64,000 bases of DNA from a virus: positions 19,560-83,559 of IMG/VR virus record IMGVR_UViG_3300045974_000167, one strand, 5' to 3'. Shown here piece after piece: positions 48,520-59,398 of this stretch. The notes under the pieces were generated by a model. That model worked only from the letters and a program-made list of their open reading frames with translations. It ran no database searches and had not been told where the DNA came from. The position numbers and the translations under genes are program-made. How positions within the stretch are numbered: the stretch's first letter is position 1; each line of letters starts with the position of its first letter.

Positions 48520-50435
48520 ATGGGACGCCACCGCAAACTGACGATGCGCGAACAGATCGAGGATCAGCGGCTCACCATCCACGATCTACAGGTCACCCGT
48601 GACCGGCTCTGGCACGCCATCCACGAGAACCTGAGTAACTACCCCAACAACGAGGGCTCGATTCGTTTGAGGGCGGTTATGAACGAGAATGCCTACTGTT
48701 CCTGCGGGCGCAGGGCTAGTTGCTGGGCGAACGGAACCGGACCCAAGATGTGTGAAACCTGTGCTTGTTCCTAGGGAGAACCATGGTTGCTACCTTTTCA
48801 GTCGAAGTCGAGTATGACCCCGCGCTTCTGAACATCCGCGAGGTGAAGGAAGTTCTCAACAAACTGATTGAGAATGCCACTCAGGACGGCGGCGACCTCA
48901 TGGATGGCATCGCCTCCATTAGTGGATTTACCCACGAAACCCCGAACAGGAAGGTCGGTGGTTAGGTGCCCTTTTACACCCTCAATATCGATGGAAAGAC
49001 CATCACCAGTTGGGAAACCCCCAAATACTCTTGTGGCGAGGTAAGTACAGAACCCAACCTCTGTCTAAGTTCTGGGTATATCTGCACCCGCAGGAAAGGT
49101 CACAGCGGTGATCATATCGCTCGCGGACCCAAGCGACAGCTAATTGAACGCTGGCCCCGACGCCCCATTTGAAACCATGTGCAATGCAGCATAACCTGCT
49201 ACATTTGCACCATGACGTTGCACCCACAACACGGAGGATTCACATGGAAACGAACGGACTTGGTGGACACGCTGCTGGACAGGAATACCACGCGCAGGAA
49301 CGCACGCTCCGCGTCTACTGGGACGATGATCGGCTGGACAAGATCACTCGCCTTCGCCTCCTGAGCGATCCCTGCTGTAGCTGGTGGGATGTCAAATACT
49401 GTCACGGCGTTCTCGCAGATGGTACGCTGGTGAATGTAACCCTTCCATTCTCACAGTTACGGAAGGGCGGCATCAACGCTCAGATCATCAAGTACGCCCG
49501 GGAGGACAAGGTGTTCGCCAAGGGCCTGGGTGTCTTCGACGCGATTTCCACTCTCTGCTAGAGGTTAGCCATGTTCAAGATTCTTGCTGCGGTGCTGGTT
49601 GCTTGTTCGTTGATCGGATGCGGCTCGGAAGTCGAGGAACCCGCCCCCCCTACTCCTGAGGTTGTAGTTGTCCGTGAGGTCTGCACAGTCTATCTCCTCC
49701 CTGACGGTGGCGTGGTTTGTAAGTGCGAACCCAAGCCCCTGGTGACTCCATGAAGGTAGAAATCTGCTGGACGGATTGGCGGGATGCCAACGAACCCTCG
49801 TATCTTGTGGAGTGCGAGGTGTCTCCGGGTGAACCTGCTTCTCGGGATTGCCCCGGGGCAGACCCCGAGGTCGAGATCCTAGCGGTGTGGGAGGATAGCC
49901 CTAGAAAGGTAGGGGAACCGCGAGTTAAGGTCTTCCGGAAGGACATCGAAGAGTACCTCGACGCCAACCCAGACGAGATTTACGACGACGCCGTGTGCGA
50001 AGCTGACGACAAAGACGCAGGACTGCGTTCTGCCGCTGACGACCTCAGAAGCGATGAGGCAAGGGGAAAGTAATGGCTCTGAAAATCAGCATCATGGAGG
50101 ATGAGGCGTTCCGCAAGGAATTGCAGAAGTTTTGCCAGGAACAGTTGCGGCCCATCGCCAGGGAGGAAATCGCCAAGATTCTCACTCCCGGCTATGCCAA
50201 GGAAGAACTGACGAAATACATCAAGGGCGAACTTACCAAGAAGGCTCTAGATGAACTTCGTTGGAACATCTACCACAACATCAAGAACACGGATGCGTTC
50301 CGAGAGGAGATGAAGAAACACATCACGGAATACATCAAGTACGAGCGTAGCGCCGCCGATATGACGCTGCAAGGCAAGCTCGATGAACGCATCAAGAATC
50401 TGATCCACATAACCCTGCGGGAGATGTTCAAGTGA
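48520..50435 (+). other. Run of small CDSs (48520-48774, 48783-48965, 48966-49172, 49244-49561, 49571-49753 lipoprotein, 49750-50073, 50073-50435)
   Basis: Coupled or RBS-preceded ORFs; 49571 has a signal peptide with an LIGC lipobox. Confidence 0.55.
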
Positions 50436-50867
50436 AGACCTACCAAGTGACCCTCGACATCAACACTAATGAAGTAGAGCCGCCGCAGAATTGGGATTGG
50501 GTAACCCTGCTCGATCTAGACGTAGCCAAGGGTGAGGGGGTAGACGTTGCAGATGTGCAACTGATTGCAGACGATAGTGACTGCCCAGGAGAAGGGACGA
50601 ACGAGTAACGACGCCCCAAATGTTCCGCACACGTTTGCAGGATGTTCTGACATCATGCATCAATGACGACGCGGAAACACCCCCTGGAGGCCAAAATGCC
50701 GGTGCCGACCGTTGAGGAAACGAAGTCTGGTACGAAGGTTGTTCCCTTCTTCTGCTGCCCCATGGTGACGCTCACGATGTTGAGCGGGCGACCCCTGGCG
50801 CACACGGATGCGTGCCCGAACAACCCCAAGAACAAGCGGTAACTCGCTGCACCCCATGGAGGGACAC

Positions 50868-52561
50868 ATGACGCTCGCAGAGAAAAAGGCGAAGATCCAG
50901 CACCTTCTCGCCACGAACAACACCGCAGTCGAGGTCGCTCTGACCCGGCTCCTTGCTCGTCAGACGAGTGATGAGCGGTACAGCCACACGACCGTCCACG
51001 CCAACAACCGTGGGTTCAGCGGGCGCGATGCCGAGTTCGGCACCTCTCTCGCGGAATGGATCAACAAGGGACACTCCCTTTCCTACCGCCAGATGATCTA
51101 CGGCCGCAAGATGGTGATGAAGTATTGGCGGCAACTGATCGAAGAGGCTGATGCCCGCACCCCCGGCTGGGCTGATCCCGTCGCCATGGACGACTTCGAC
51201 GGTGTGCAGGTCGAGCTTGACGCCGAGGCCGCGTTGGAGGCGCAGGCCGAACTCGCGTACATGAAGATGCACGGCAGCGACCCCTTCTAGGCTTTTGGGC
51301 GGCGTGCCCCTTGCCATCCCTGCGGGGTCTATGGCAAGGAGAAAGGAGGTGCGGTGAGTGTAGAACTACTGCTGCTAATAGTTCTAGCCATGACAATTGG
51401 ACGAGCCCTGAATTCAAAGCGGAAGTAACGACAACCCCTTTGATACATTCTCCGTTCAAGTCTGCTGTGCGATGATGCACCATCAACGACGTACCCACAC
51501 CCCATGGAGGGATTATGAGCAACCCCATCGAAGCGATCATCAACAAGATCCAAAGCGAAATCGAATACGCGAACGATGCAATCGATGAGGCAAGGCTCGA
51601 AGCACGGTTCGATCCCCTGATTCCCAAGGCGGAACGCGCCGACACCTGCAAGCGCGCCCGCATCGACGGCATCGAGGGAACGATCAAGCACTACGACCGG
51701 CTCAAGTCGATGAACCGGATGCGGCTGAATCAGGCAGCCAACCACTTCCTCAAGTCGGCCGGATTCAACTGGGACGCGACCGCCTCCAAGTCGCGGTCGT
51801 AACGCAAACGACCTGGGGTAAGTCGCTAAACTGCCCCTGCCTTTCCAACCCACACAGCGGAGGATTCACAATGACGATCACCATGAAGAACTGGCTCGTG
51901 ACGGCGCGTGATCTTGGCGAGGAGAATCCCTACCTCGCCCCGGAATGCCGCAAGTCGGCGGCGTGCCTGAGCGGGCAGATCACCCACCACCCGGAGTTGG
52001 TGATCACGAAGGACGAGAACCGAGTCACGACCTCCTCCATCGTCAATGTCGATGGACGCATCGTGACGACGTTCTCCGGGCGCAAGTACAAGCTGTACGG
52101 TCGTCCCGACCCCCGCTTCATGGAGTTCCTCGGCAGCAAGGAACTGCCCTATAACCCCCGCAACCCGCTGGCACCGCTGGTCGGTGCCGGTTTCATCGCC
52201 ATCGGAGGCTGACATGGGATTCACGACCATCGCAACGACCGCAGACGGTAGCCGCTACATCGTCAAGTACCACGACGGCGTTTCGTGTGTGGTGTGGGGC
52301 GAGATGTCCGGGTATCGCGGACTCAAGACCAAGCACCAGGGCACGATGTCCCTGCGTGTCGCAGATGTCACCCTCGCCACCATCGAGATGACGCCCATCA
52401 TCGTGGAGGAACTGCTCCAACAGTACCTCCGGTCGGAACAGAAGAAGGGCAAGTACATCGCGTGGCGTGGGCGTCGTTACTCCATCTATAACTCCGAAGC
52501 GGAGTTCCTGAAGTACATGGCGATGCGTGCTGCCACCCGCAACATCCAGGGTCGGTACTAG
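50868..52561 (+). other. Putative early genes (50868-51290, 51515-51802, 51871-52212, 52214-52561)
   Basis: GC3-rich ORFs, each with a strong RBS; promoters with -10 at 50651 and 51471. Confidence 0.6.
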
Positions 52562-52806
52562 TACGAGATTATGGGGAGCTGGCAGGAGAGAACTAGAAAG
52601 GCTAGTGCAACTGATTGCAGTGAGTAAGGGCGGCGGCAGTAAGGAAGGGTGAAAATGCAGCACAAACGACCCTTCTGATACGTTGTAACGCACAGAATGT
52701 TGTGCGACCATGCATCATCGGTTGACGCGGAAACTGCCGGGGGGTACGGATTGGCCGTAATCCAACGGTATTGACCGAGAGCTTGACCGACCAATGGAGT
52801 GACACA

Positions 52807-53406
52807 ATGACGACCGAGATCAAGAAGCCCCGCAAGTCGAAGAAGATCGCCGCCGAGAACGTCGCTGCCGCCGAGGTTGCCGCCCCGGTGGACGCTCTCA
52901 CCCCCGAGGTCACCACCGTCGAGGCAGTCGCCGCCGTCGAGGTCGCTCCCGCCGCAGAGCCGACCCCGATGCCCGACCCCTGGAAGCTGTTCGATGAGGT
53001 GCCGTACGGGGGCGCGGACAAGAAGATCCCGGTCCTGGCGACGGCGATCAACGACGAGAACCGCGAGTACGTGCTCCGCGAGCTGATGAACGCGGTCCTG
53101 GCCGTCACCGGCCCCCGCGACGGGATGTCCTCCTCGCTGGACCGCCGCGCCTTCCACGCCGGAGTGCGGACGTACATCCCCGAGGGGCACTACAAGCGGG
53201 CGCCCCTCCAGGCCGTGAAGCCGCTCGACGAGGAAATCTACGTCGCCCGCGTCGGCAGCCGCATCCTCGACACCATCAACGAGAAGAAGCTCCCGCTGTC
53301 CGGGGGCCTCAACTCCCACGAGAACGCGCAGGTCCGCATCGGCGCTCTCTACGAGGCGCTCGTTTCGGTCGCCGCGTCGAAGGGCCTGATCTTCGCCGCC
53401 CAGTAA
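52807..53406 (+). CDS. Putative early protein: basic N-terminus, Ala/Glu/Pro linker, globular C-domain
   Basis: Own promoter (TTGTAA-17-GACCAT, 52683) and terminator; very high GC3. Confidence 0.7.
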   Translation: MTTEIKKPRKSKKIAAENVAAAEVAAPVDALTPEVTTVEAVAAVEVAPAAEPTPMPDPWKLFDEVPYGGADKKIPVLATAINDENREYVLRELMNAVLAVTGPRDGMSSSLDRRAFHAGVRTYIPEGHYKRAPLQAVKPLDEEIYVARVGSRILDTINEKKLPLSGGLNSHENAQVRIGALYEALVSVAASKGLIFAAQ

Positions 53407-53428
53407 CACCTGAGTACGAGACTCCCGC

Positions 53429-53467
53429 GCTCCCGCACCCATACAACGGTGCGGGGGCGTTCTTTTT
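53429..53467 (+). terminator. Intrinsic terminator
   Basis: GCTCCCGCACC...GGTGCGGGGGC followed by GTTCTTTTT. Confidence 0.7.
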
Positions 53468-53803
53468 GGCTAGTTAGCAGGTGAGATAGACTAGAAATTC
53501 CCGGCCCGCGTCACCCCGTTAAGCTAGTAGACCATTATTGATACGAGGCTCGTACAAGCACGCAAAAACCCTACCCGCTACCCCCCCACCACCCCGACCC
53601 GCCAAAGGTCACCATGAGGCTCCTGCGCGTTCTAATAGGAATCCTAATTGCCCCCTCTGACCTCACTTCCGACCTAGAGCGTTTCTGCAATCGTGTGCAA
53701 AGTATAGGGGGCAGTACGCACGCCCCAAATGTTCCCACCCACCCCACAGAATGCCCTGCTACGGTTGACCATCAACGCCGTATTCAACCAATGGAGTGAC
53801 CCA

Positions 53804-55920
53804 ATGGCGAACAAGATGAATCACCGGCACGGCGGCGGCAGGCGGAACGAGGGAAAGTCGGAAGTCGATCTTCGCTTCCTCCTTCGTCCCGAGCCCCTGG
53901 CACTCGATCAGATCACCGAGGGTCTGGACGACGCCTTCATCGATTCCGAGATGTTCGACACCGGATGCTGCGCGGAGTGCGAGGACATGGCCCGCCGCTA
54001 CTCCACCGACAACAACGAGGGATGAAATGAACGAGCACGAGACTCCAGCACATGCACCACACACGGACGGACAGCTAGTGAGGTGCCCCAAGTGCAAGGG
54101 TCTGAGCACCGTGCAGGGTACGCACATCAGAACGTACTGCTGTTGCAGCAAGTCGCCGCCAGAGGGCAGTCTCATGGTACCCTACAACCGAACCCCCATC
54201 CGGAGGAAGTAAATGCACGGACGAGAGATGTGCGAACGCCACGAACCCGACATGAGGAAGTGTCGGTTCTGCACGGATTTCACCAAGGAACCGTGCTACA
54301 AGCCCAAGCTCATTGATCCTCCAAAGGACAAGACCAATGGACGACCCTAAGTACATCTACATCGACACCCATGAGGCAGGCCCAGACTTCTTCATCTTCC
54401 CTAACTGGTACGACCACAAGCGGGTGGCTGAGTTTGTGGGCGGGGAAGTGCTGAGTGCTGGATTCGTGTGTTTCAACGTGCCCAAGCCATTCTGTCATGG
54501 GAAGTCTACTTCTCTGAACGTCGGAGCTACCGAGTTCGCCACGAAATACTTGAGGAAGAGGTACGGGATCAACGAGGACTAACACCCCAAAATCCTGCAC
54601 ACGATTGCAGAACGGCGTGTTACCTTGACCATACGGCAATGACGCCGTGGGAAACGGAGAGACAATGGCACGGTACTTCATCGACCACAAGACGGGGCTG
54701 ATCACGGAGATCACCCTGGACGACATCGCCCCCGCCGGTCCCTGGCAACTCGCGGCCTGCGAAATGCGGGAAGTCCAGGCCCTCAGGAACGACGAGTTCT
54801 GCCTGACCGACCAGGGTGTGCTCCTCCGTGACGACGCGGGACAGATCATCGACGGGCTCCACATCGTCCTCAACCGCTACGGGGTTGGGACGACCTACGG
54901 ATACCCCGAAGAGAACCTCATCGAGTTCTTCAACTAGTACGAGATTCCAGCGCATTACGCGCATACGACCCACTAGCTAGGGAGGCAACAGTGCTGAGAA
55001 TCGACTTCGCAGAGCGTTGTGCATGGCGAGCCATGTACCTCTCGTACACCAAACACGACAAGTCCGGATACAAGTGGCAGCACCAGTTCTTCCACATCGG
55101 ATTCGACCCCAACCAGAATAGCGGGAGGCCGCAGATTTTCGGCGGCGCGTGGGGGCTGGCCTGGAGATTCAATATCCCCCACATCCGTTGGAACATGAAG
55201 ATGAACAGCATCACACGCTTCCTCTACCGCTGGCAAAGCAACATCCTGTTCCGCCTCGACGGACGCTTCAAGTGCTGGCCTGGGCAGACCCCCCGCCCCT
55301 AAATCCCGCAAACGATTGCAAGACGGTCTTAGACCGCCCTGTTACTGTGACTGTGCCGCAACCACGCGGCACCAACGGAGGCACAGACATGAGCAACTAC
55401 TGCGTCGAAACCTACCACGCCAGGCTGTCCGACTCGGTGATCACGGACATGGACGGAGACACGGCAGAGGAACTGAACGACGAAACGCTCGCCTACGCGA
55501 ACGAGCTGTTTGAGGCAGCCAAGGCGAACTGCCCGCCCGACGAATACTGCGAGGTTTGGGTTGCCCGCTTCCGGCCCAACCTGCCCGCCCAGCCTGTCTA
55601 CATCTTCACCTCCCTGGTGCATTAGACCGGGGATCGACGCCCCAAACGTCTGCACACGATTGCAGACCGCCGTGTTACGGTGACTCTGCCGCACTTGCGG
55701 CCACCAACGCTGGAGACACGCAATGGACACCATCACGCTGACCCGGCACGAAGCTGACCATGTGGTTGCGGCCCTCGCCACCCTGCACGCCATCTTGGGG
55801 AAGAACTACGAAACCGGCCACCCCAACGCCGAAGAGGACAGGAAGTGGGTGGCGGGCATCCTCCAGAACTTCAACGAGAAACTCGGAAACACCACCGTTT
55901 CCTGGCTGAACATCGAGTAA
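53804..55920 (+). other. Small putative early CDSs (53804-54025, 54027-54212, 54337-54582, 54666-54937, 54991-55302, 55389-55625, 55723-55920)
   Basis: Repeated promoter-RBS-ORF cassettes (-10 at 53760, 54621, 55343, 55676). Confidence 0.55.
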
Positions 55921-55963
55921 CAGACCGAACACCGAACGACGCGCCAACCAATGGAGTGACCCC

Positions 55964-56203
55964 ATGGCCTACGACGCCCAGAAAGATGTCCTCGTTCACG
56001 CCTTCCCCAAGTTCCAGACCGCCGACGGACACATCGAGATCGGAGTCTACAAGTACAACGGCGCGGCCCCCAAGATCAGGATGCACGCCGTCACGGTGTC
56101 CAAGTCCACGGGCAAAGAGTACAGGAACTCCATCGGCAACATGACCCGAGCCCAGTTCGAGTTGTTCGTCGGACTGTCCCCCGAGATCCTCAACAAGCTG
56201 TAG
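55964..56203 (+). CDS. PC4/YdbC-like ssDNA-binding protein
   Basis: IEIGVYKYNGAAPKIRM...G.MTRAQF pattern resembles the PC4/YdbC family. Confidence 0.5.
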   Translation: MAYDAQKDVLVHAFPKFQTADGHIEIGVYKYNGAAPKIRMHAVTVSKSTGKEYRNSIGNMTRAQFELFVGLSPEILNKL

Positions 56204-56249
56204 AAAAAGAACCCCAAATCGGCGGCGCGTCTGCTGCTGCGAGGTAGAC

Positions 56250-56510
56250 ATGAGATTCCATATCAATCCCTCCTACGCCCCAGGTCGTAGACTCTGGCTA
56301 GAGGTCACCCAAGACAGATTCTTCACCGAGGATGAGTACCGCCTCTTCTGGATGCTCAACAAACTGTCCATCTGGCACGGACAGGACAAGCACGGCGCGA
56401 ACTACAAATCGTGGGAATTTGCTCCAGATATGGAGCCTGCCGTGCGGCGCGTCCTCGAATACCTGAGATACGAGGAAGGAGACTTTGAACTGATCCCTCA
56501 GACCTACTAG
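56250..56510 (+). CDS. Hypothetical protein
   Basis: GAGGT RBS; followed by a terminator-like hairpin at 56532-56563. Confidence 0.55.
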   Translation: MRFHINPSYAPGRRLWLEVTQDRFFTEDEYRLFWMLNKLSIWHGQDKHGANYKSWEFAPDMEPAVRRVLEYLRYEEGDFELIPQTY

Positions 56511-57201
56511 ATCGAGATTCACACCCGCCCGCCCCCCTATGCTTGCACAGATAGGGGGCTTTTCACGTTAGTATCTAGCAAAAATCGGCGGCGGCGTCTG
56601 GTCCCCTTAGTATAGAAGATATAGAGGACAATAGGAGGGCTAATAGGGATACTAAAACTAGGGAAGCAATAGGTGGAATAGACCTGTAATCTCGATCACT
56701 TAGGTCTACCCTTTAGACAGTCCAGAATCTCCATAAATCCACCCAATCTAGCTAAAAAGCTGCCTCTTGCTCACTCAAAATCCTAAAAAGTCGAGACAAG
56801 ATTGGGTCGGGCACGAGACTATGGCGAGCTAGCGAGCACAGACAGAAAGATAGATCGAGACTCTAGCAAGCAGGCTGGAATAGATAGATAGACGAGCAAG
56901 TGGGAGGGCAGCAAGGCAAGAAAGGTAAGAAAGGCAAGACTGGGCTTGGCTCTCCCTCCCTATAGGAGATTGCGCTCTGAAAAGTTGAGAAAGTGTAGTT
57001 AGCGTTCAGACCCCTTGTTTTTAGTAGTGTAGAAAACACGATTTAGTAGCAAGACTGCTCCAACCATGCGCCGCCGATTCTCTACTCGTGCAGAAAGACG
57101 AGAGTGGTTGGAATGAACTACCCAAATGTTCTGCAATCAATTGCAGAACGCCCTGCTATGCTCCTTCCATGACGTACCACCCAAACGACGGAGACACTTC
57201 A

Positions 57202-57508
57202 ATGCGGACCTACTTCATGGTGTACGACGCAAGCGGCAACATGGTCATCGCCTGCTCCGACTGTGTGGAGCGGCACCTGCCGAGCGCGATGTGCGTCGAG
57301 ACACTGTTCACCCTGGACGACATCGACCACATCCACCAGACGAACCGCCCGATGTTCTCCAAGCCCGCCCGCCGCAGCGAGAGCAACTAACATGACCGGC
57401 ATGGACGACGCCATCTTCTTCTCCATCTGGTTCACAGCCGGAATCACGATGATGGGACTTATCTCCGGAGGATTCCGAGTCATCACCCGCCGCACCTTCT
57501 GGAGATGA
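57202..57508 (+). other. Two small CDSs (57202-57390; 57392-57508, single TM)
   Basis: Promoter (-10 TATGCT at 57157) and GGAG RBS; hairpin plus T-run at 57547-57566. Confidence 0.5.
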
Positions 57509-57579
57509 CATGATCCACAAGTACGGCTGTTAAGCAAAATGCCCTCGCCCACCGTGGCGGGCTTTTCTGCAACTGATTG

Positions 57580-57851
57580 CAGACAGCACGAGACTCTAGG
57601 TGGCTGGGAGGAAAGAAAGATAGGAAGGCTGGTACCCAGTACGAGACTATGGCTAGCTGGGTAGGAGTAGCAAGAAAGATAGAAGGAGCAGCAAAGCAAG
57701 ACAAGAAAGGAAAGCAAGAAAGAAGTAGAAAGACTGGAAAGACGAGAAAGAAAGACAGCAGGAGAAAGACGAGAGTGAGATCGAGACTATGGCTGGGTAG
57801 GTAGGTGAGCATAGCGAGGTAAGGCAGGCTGGGCGAGCGAGGCTGGACAAG
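57580..57851 (+). repeat. AG-saturated purine tract with CGAGACT(A/C)T repeats
   Basis: For example AGAAGTAGAAAGACTGGAAAGACGAGAAAGAAAGACAGCAGGAGAAAGACGAGAGTGAGA; ends abruptly at 57851. Confidence 0.8.
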
Positions 57852-58343
57852 ACCGTTTTTTCAAAATCGACCGACCTGCTCTGTCTACTTTGCGTCGGCA
57901 CGCCTTTTTCCCGTGCCAAAACGAACGCCCCTTTCCGTGTCGTGTGCGTTCGGTACGTGTCCCGTGTCTTTTGCCCCACCCAACATGACCCATCTGTTTT
58001 CATGCACTTACCTCGTTTCTTGCGTGTACCATGCGTCTTTTGCCCCAACCATGCCCCACCCCCCCGCGCCCCTTGACGTTCCAACATGTTGAAATCACTG
58101 CAAACGATTGCGCCCGTGTTTCGGCACGGTCGCTGCAATGACTCCGGAATGTCGTTGTTGAATCTTCGGTCCCGCCGCTGAAAATCGGACCTGCGAACGA
58201 CCGACCCGGCCCCCGGCAATCGACCCGAAACCCGAAAAAACGTTCTCGGAACGTGCCTTTGCGGTGTTTCGGCATACCCCAACGGATCGACCGTTGAACC
58301 TTGAACGGCGACCGAAACCCGTTGTATCCATACGGAAAATCAA

Positions 58344-59150
58344 ATGAAAATCTCGAAATCGGAACGTCGCGCCCGCCTCGTTGCCTCGAACGCCGCTCTG
58401 CATGCTGCGGCGGTCGCTGCGGTCGTTGCGGACCCCGAATCTCCCGAAACCGAATCCATCCTCATGATGAACGCCGGCGCCGATGTTCCGCCGGTCACGC
58501 CTGCGGATGTCGCTGCGGCGTCCGCTGATGCCCCGCCATGCGACGCACCGGTCGCGGTCGATGCTCCGGCCCCGGACGCCCCTGCGGACGCCCCTGCGGT
58601 ACCGGTGCGCTCCGACGTTCGATACTCCGCGCCTCGACTGTCGATGCCGGTCGGAACCCTGATTCCGGTCGGTGCGAATCACACCGGTACCCGCGGCATC
58701 TCCCGGCGGTACCTGTACGCGATTCCCGGCGGTGACTTCCTCGCGACCGGTGATTCCCGCCTCCCCTCGTCCCTCGAATCCATCGACCTTGCCCTGTCGA
58801 TGATCGACGACGCTGCGACGCTGATCGAACGCACCGATTCGACCACGTTCGCACCGACGGTCGATGCCTGCGGCTTGCGGTACGGTGCGTCACCGCGCCA
58901 TGCAACGACACACGCCGCGATGCGACTTGATGCGCATGACTTCGCGGTCTCGTTCACGGCCCGCGTGATCGATTCGGTCCCGCCCGGACTGCGGCCCGCC
59001 TCGTGCCATTCGGTCCTGTCGCGCCTCCCCGGCGCACGGTCGAACCACGCCGATGCGTCGGCCCGCCTCTCCTTCGTTCGTACCATCGCGGTGAACGTTC
59101 GGACGCTTCTCGCTGCTGACGCTGCGGCCGTGACCGCTCCGACGGTCTAA
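58344..59150 (+). CDS. Hypothetical protein encoded entirely without AG; candidate first-expressed factor
   Basis: 268 aa with no Trp or Gln and only two Lys (AAA); basic N-terminus, Ala/Pro/Asp linker, globular C-domain; strong terminator directly after the stop. Confidence 0.72.
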   Translation: MKISKSERRARLVASNAALHAAAVAAVVADPESPETESILMMNAGADVPPVTPADVAAASADAPPCDAPVAVDAPAPDAPADAPAVPVRSDVRYSAPRLSMPVGTLIPVGANHTGTRGISRRYLYAIPGGDFLATGDSRLPSSLESIDLALSMIDDAATLIERTDSTTFAPTVDACGLRYGASPRHATTHAAMRLDAHDFAVSFTARVIDSVPPGLRPASCHSVLSRLPGARSNHADASARLSFVRTIAVNVRTLLAADAAAVTAPTV

Positions 59151-59158
59151 CGTGACTT

Positions 59159-59214
59159 GACCGACGGTTGTGCATGCCTTCCATGACATGCGCAACCGTC
59201 GGTCTTATTTTTTT
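59159..59214 (+). terminator. Strong intrinsic terminator
   Basis: GACCGACGGTTGTGCATG / CATGCGCAACCGTCGGTC 18-bp stem followed by TTATTTTTTT. Confidence 0.85.
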
Positions 59215-59398
59215 CGCCCGTTGGGATGTGCTCACATGAGGGGGGATATTTTGGTGTGATTTGACAAACGGGAATCTGACTTCCCACGCAAGCGGTTGCG
59301 GGAGGGGAAATGTTTAGGGTGAGGGGAACAGGGTGGGGGGTCGTTGGGGGACAGGAGGAAAAATTTTAGGGGCTCCTTTTCGACTTAGATGAAATGAA

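Larger units (their letters stand above)
57852..59238 (+). other. AG-free island (also free of TGG/GGG up to 59221) covering one transcription unit
   Basis: Line-by-line reading found no AG between 57852 and 59238; every GG up to 59221 is in CGG. Confidence 0.9.

Noticed and set aside
57577-57804. Lys/Arg-rich 75-aa ORF as a protamine-like protein
   Set aside because: TTG start inside a palindrome with no RBS; composition follows from the AG-rich tract. Not formally excluded.
57852-59238. AG avoidance explained by CRISPR PAM or restriction-site avoidance, or by GC content
   Set aside because: dsDNA targeting would deplete both strands, but only the + strand is depleted. GA is abundant, and equally GC-rich neighbouring genes (52807) contain many AG.
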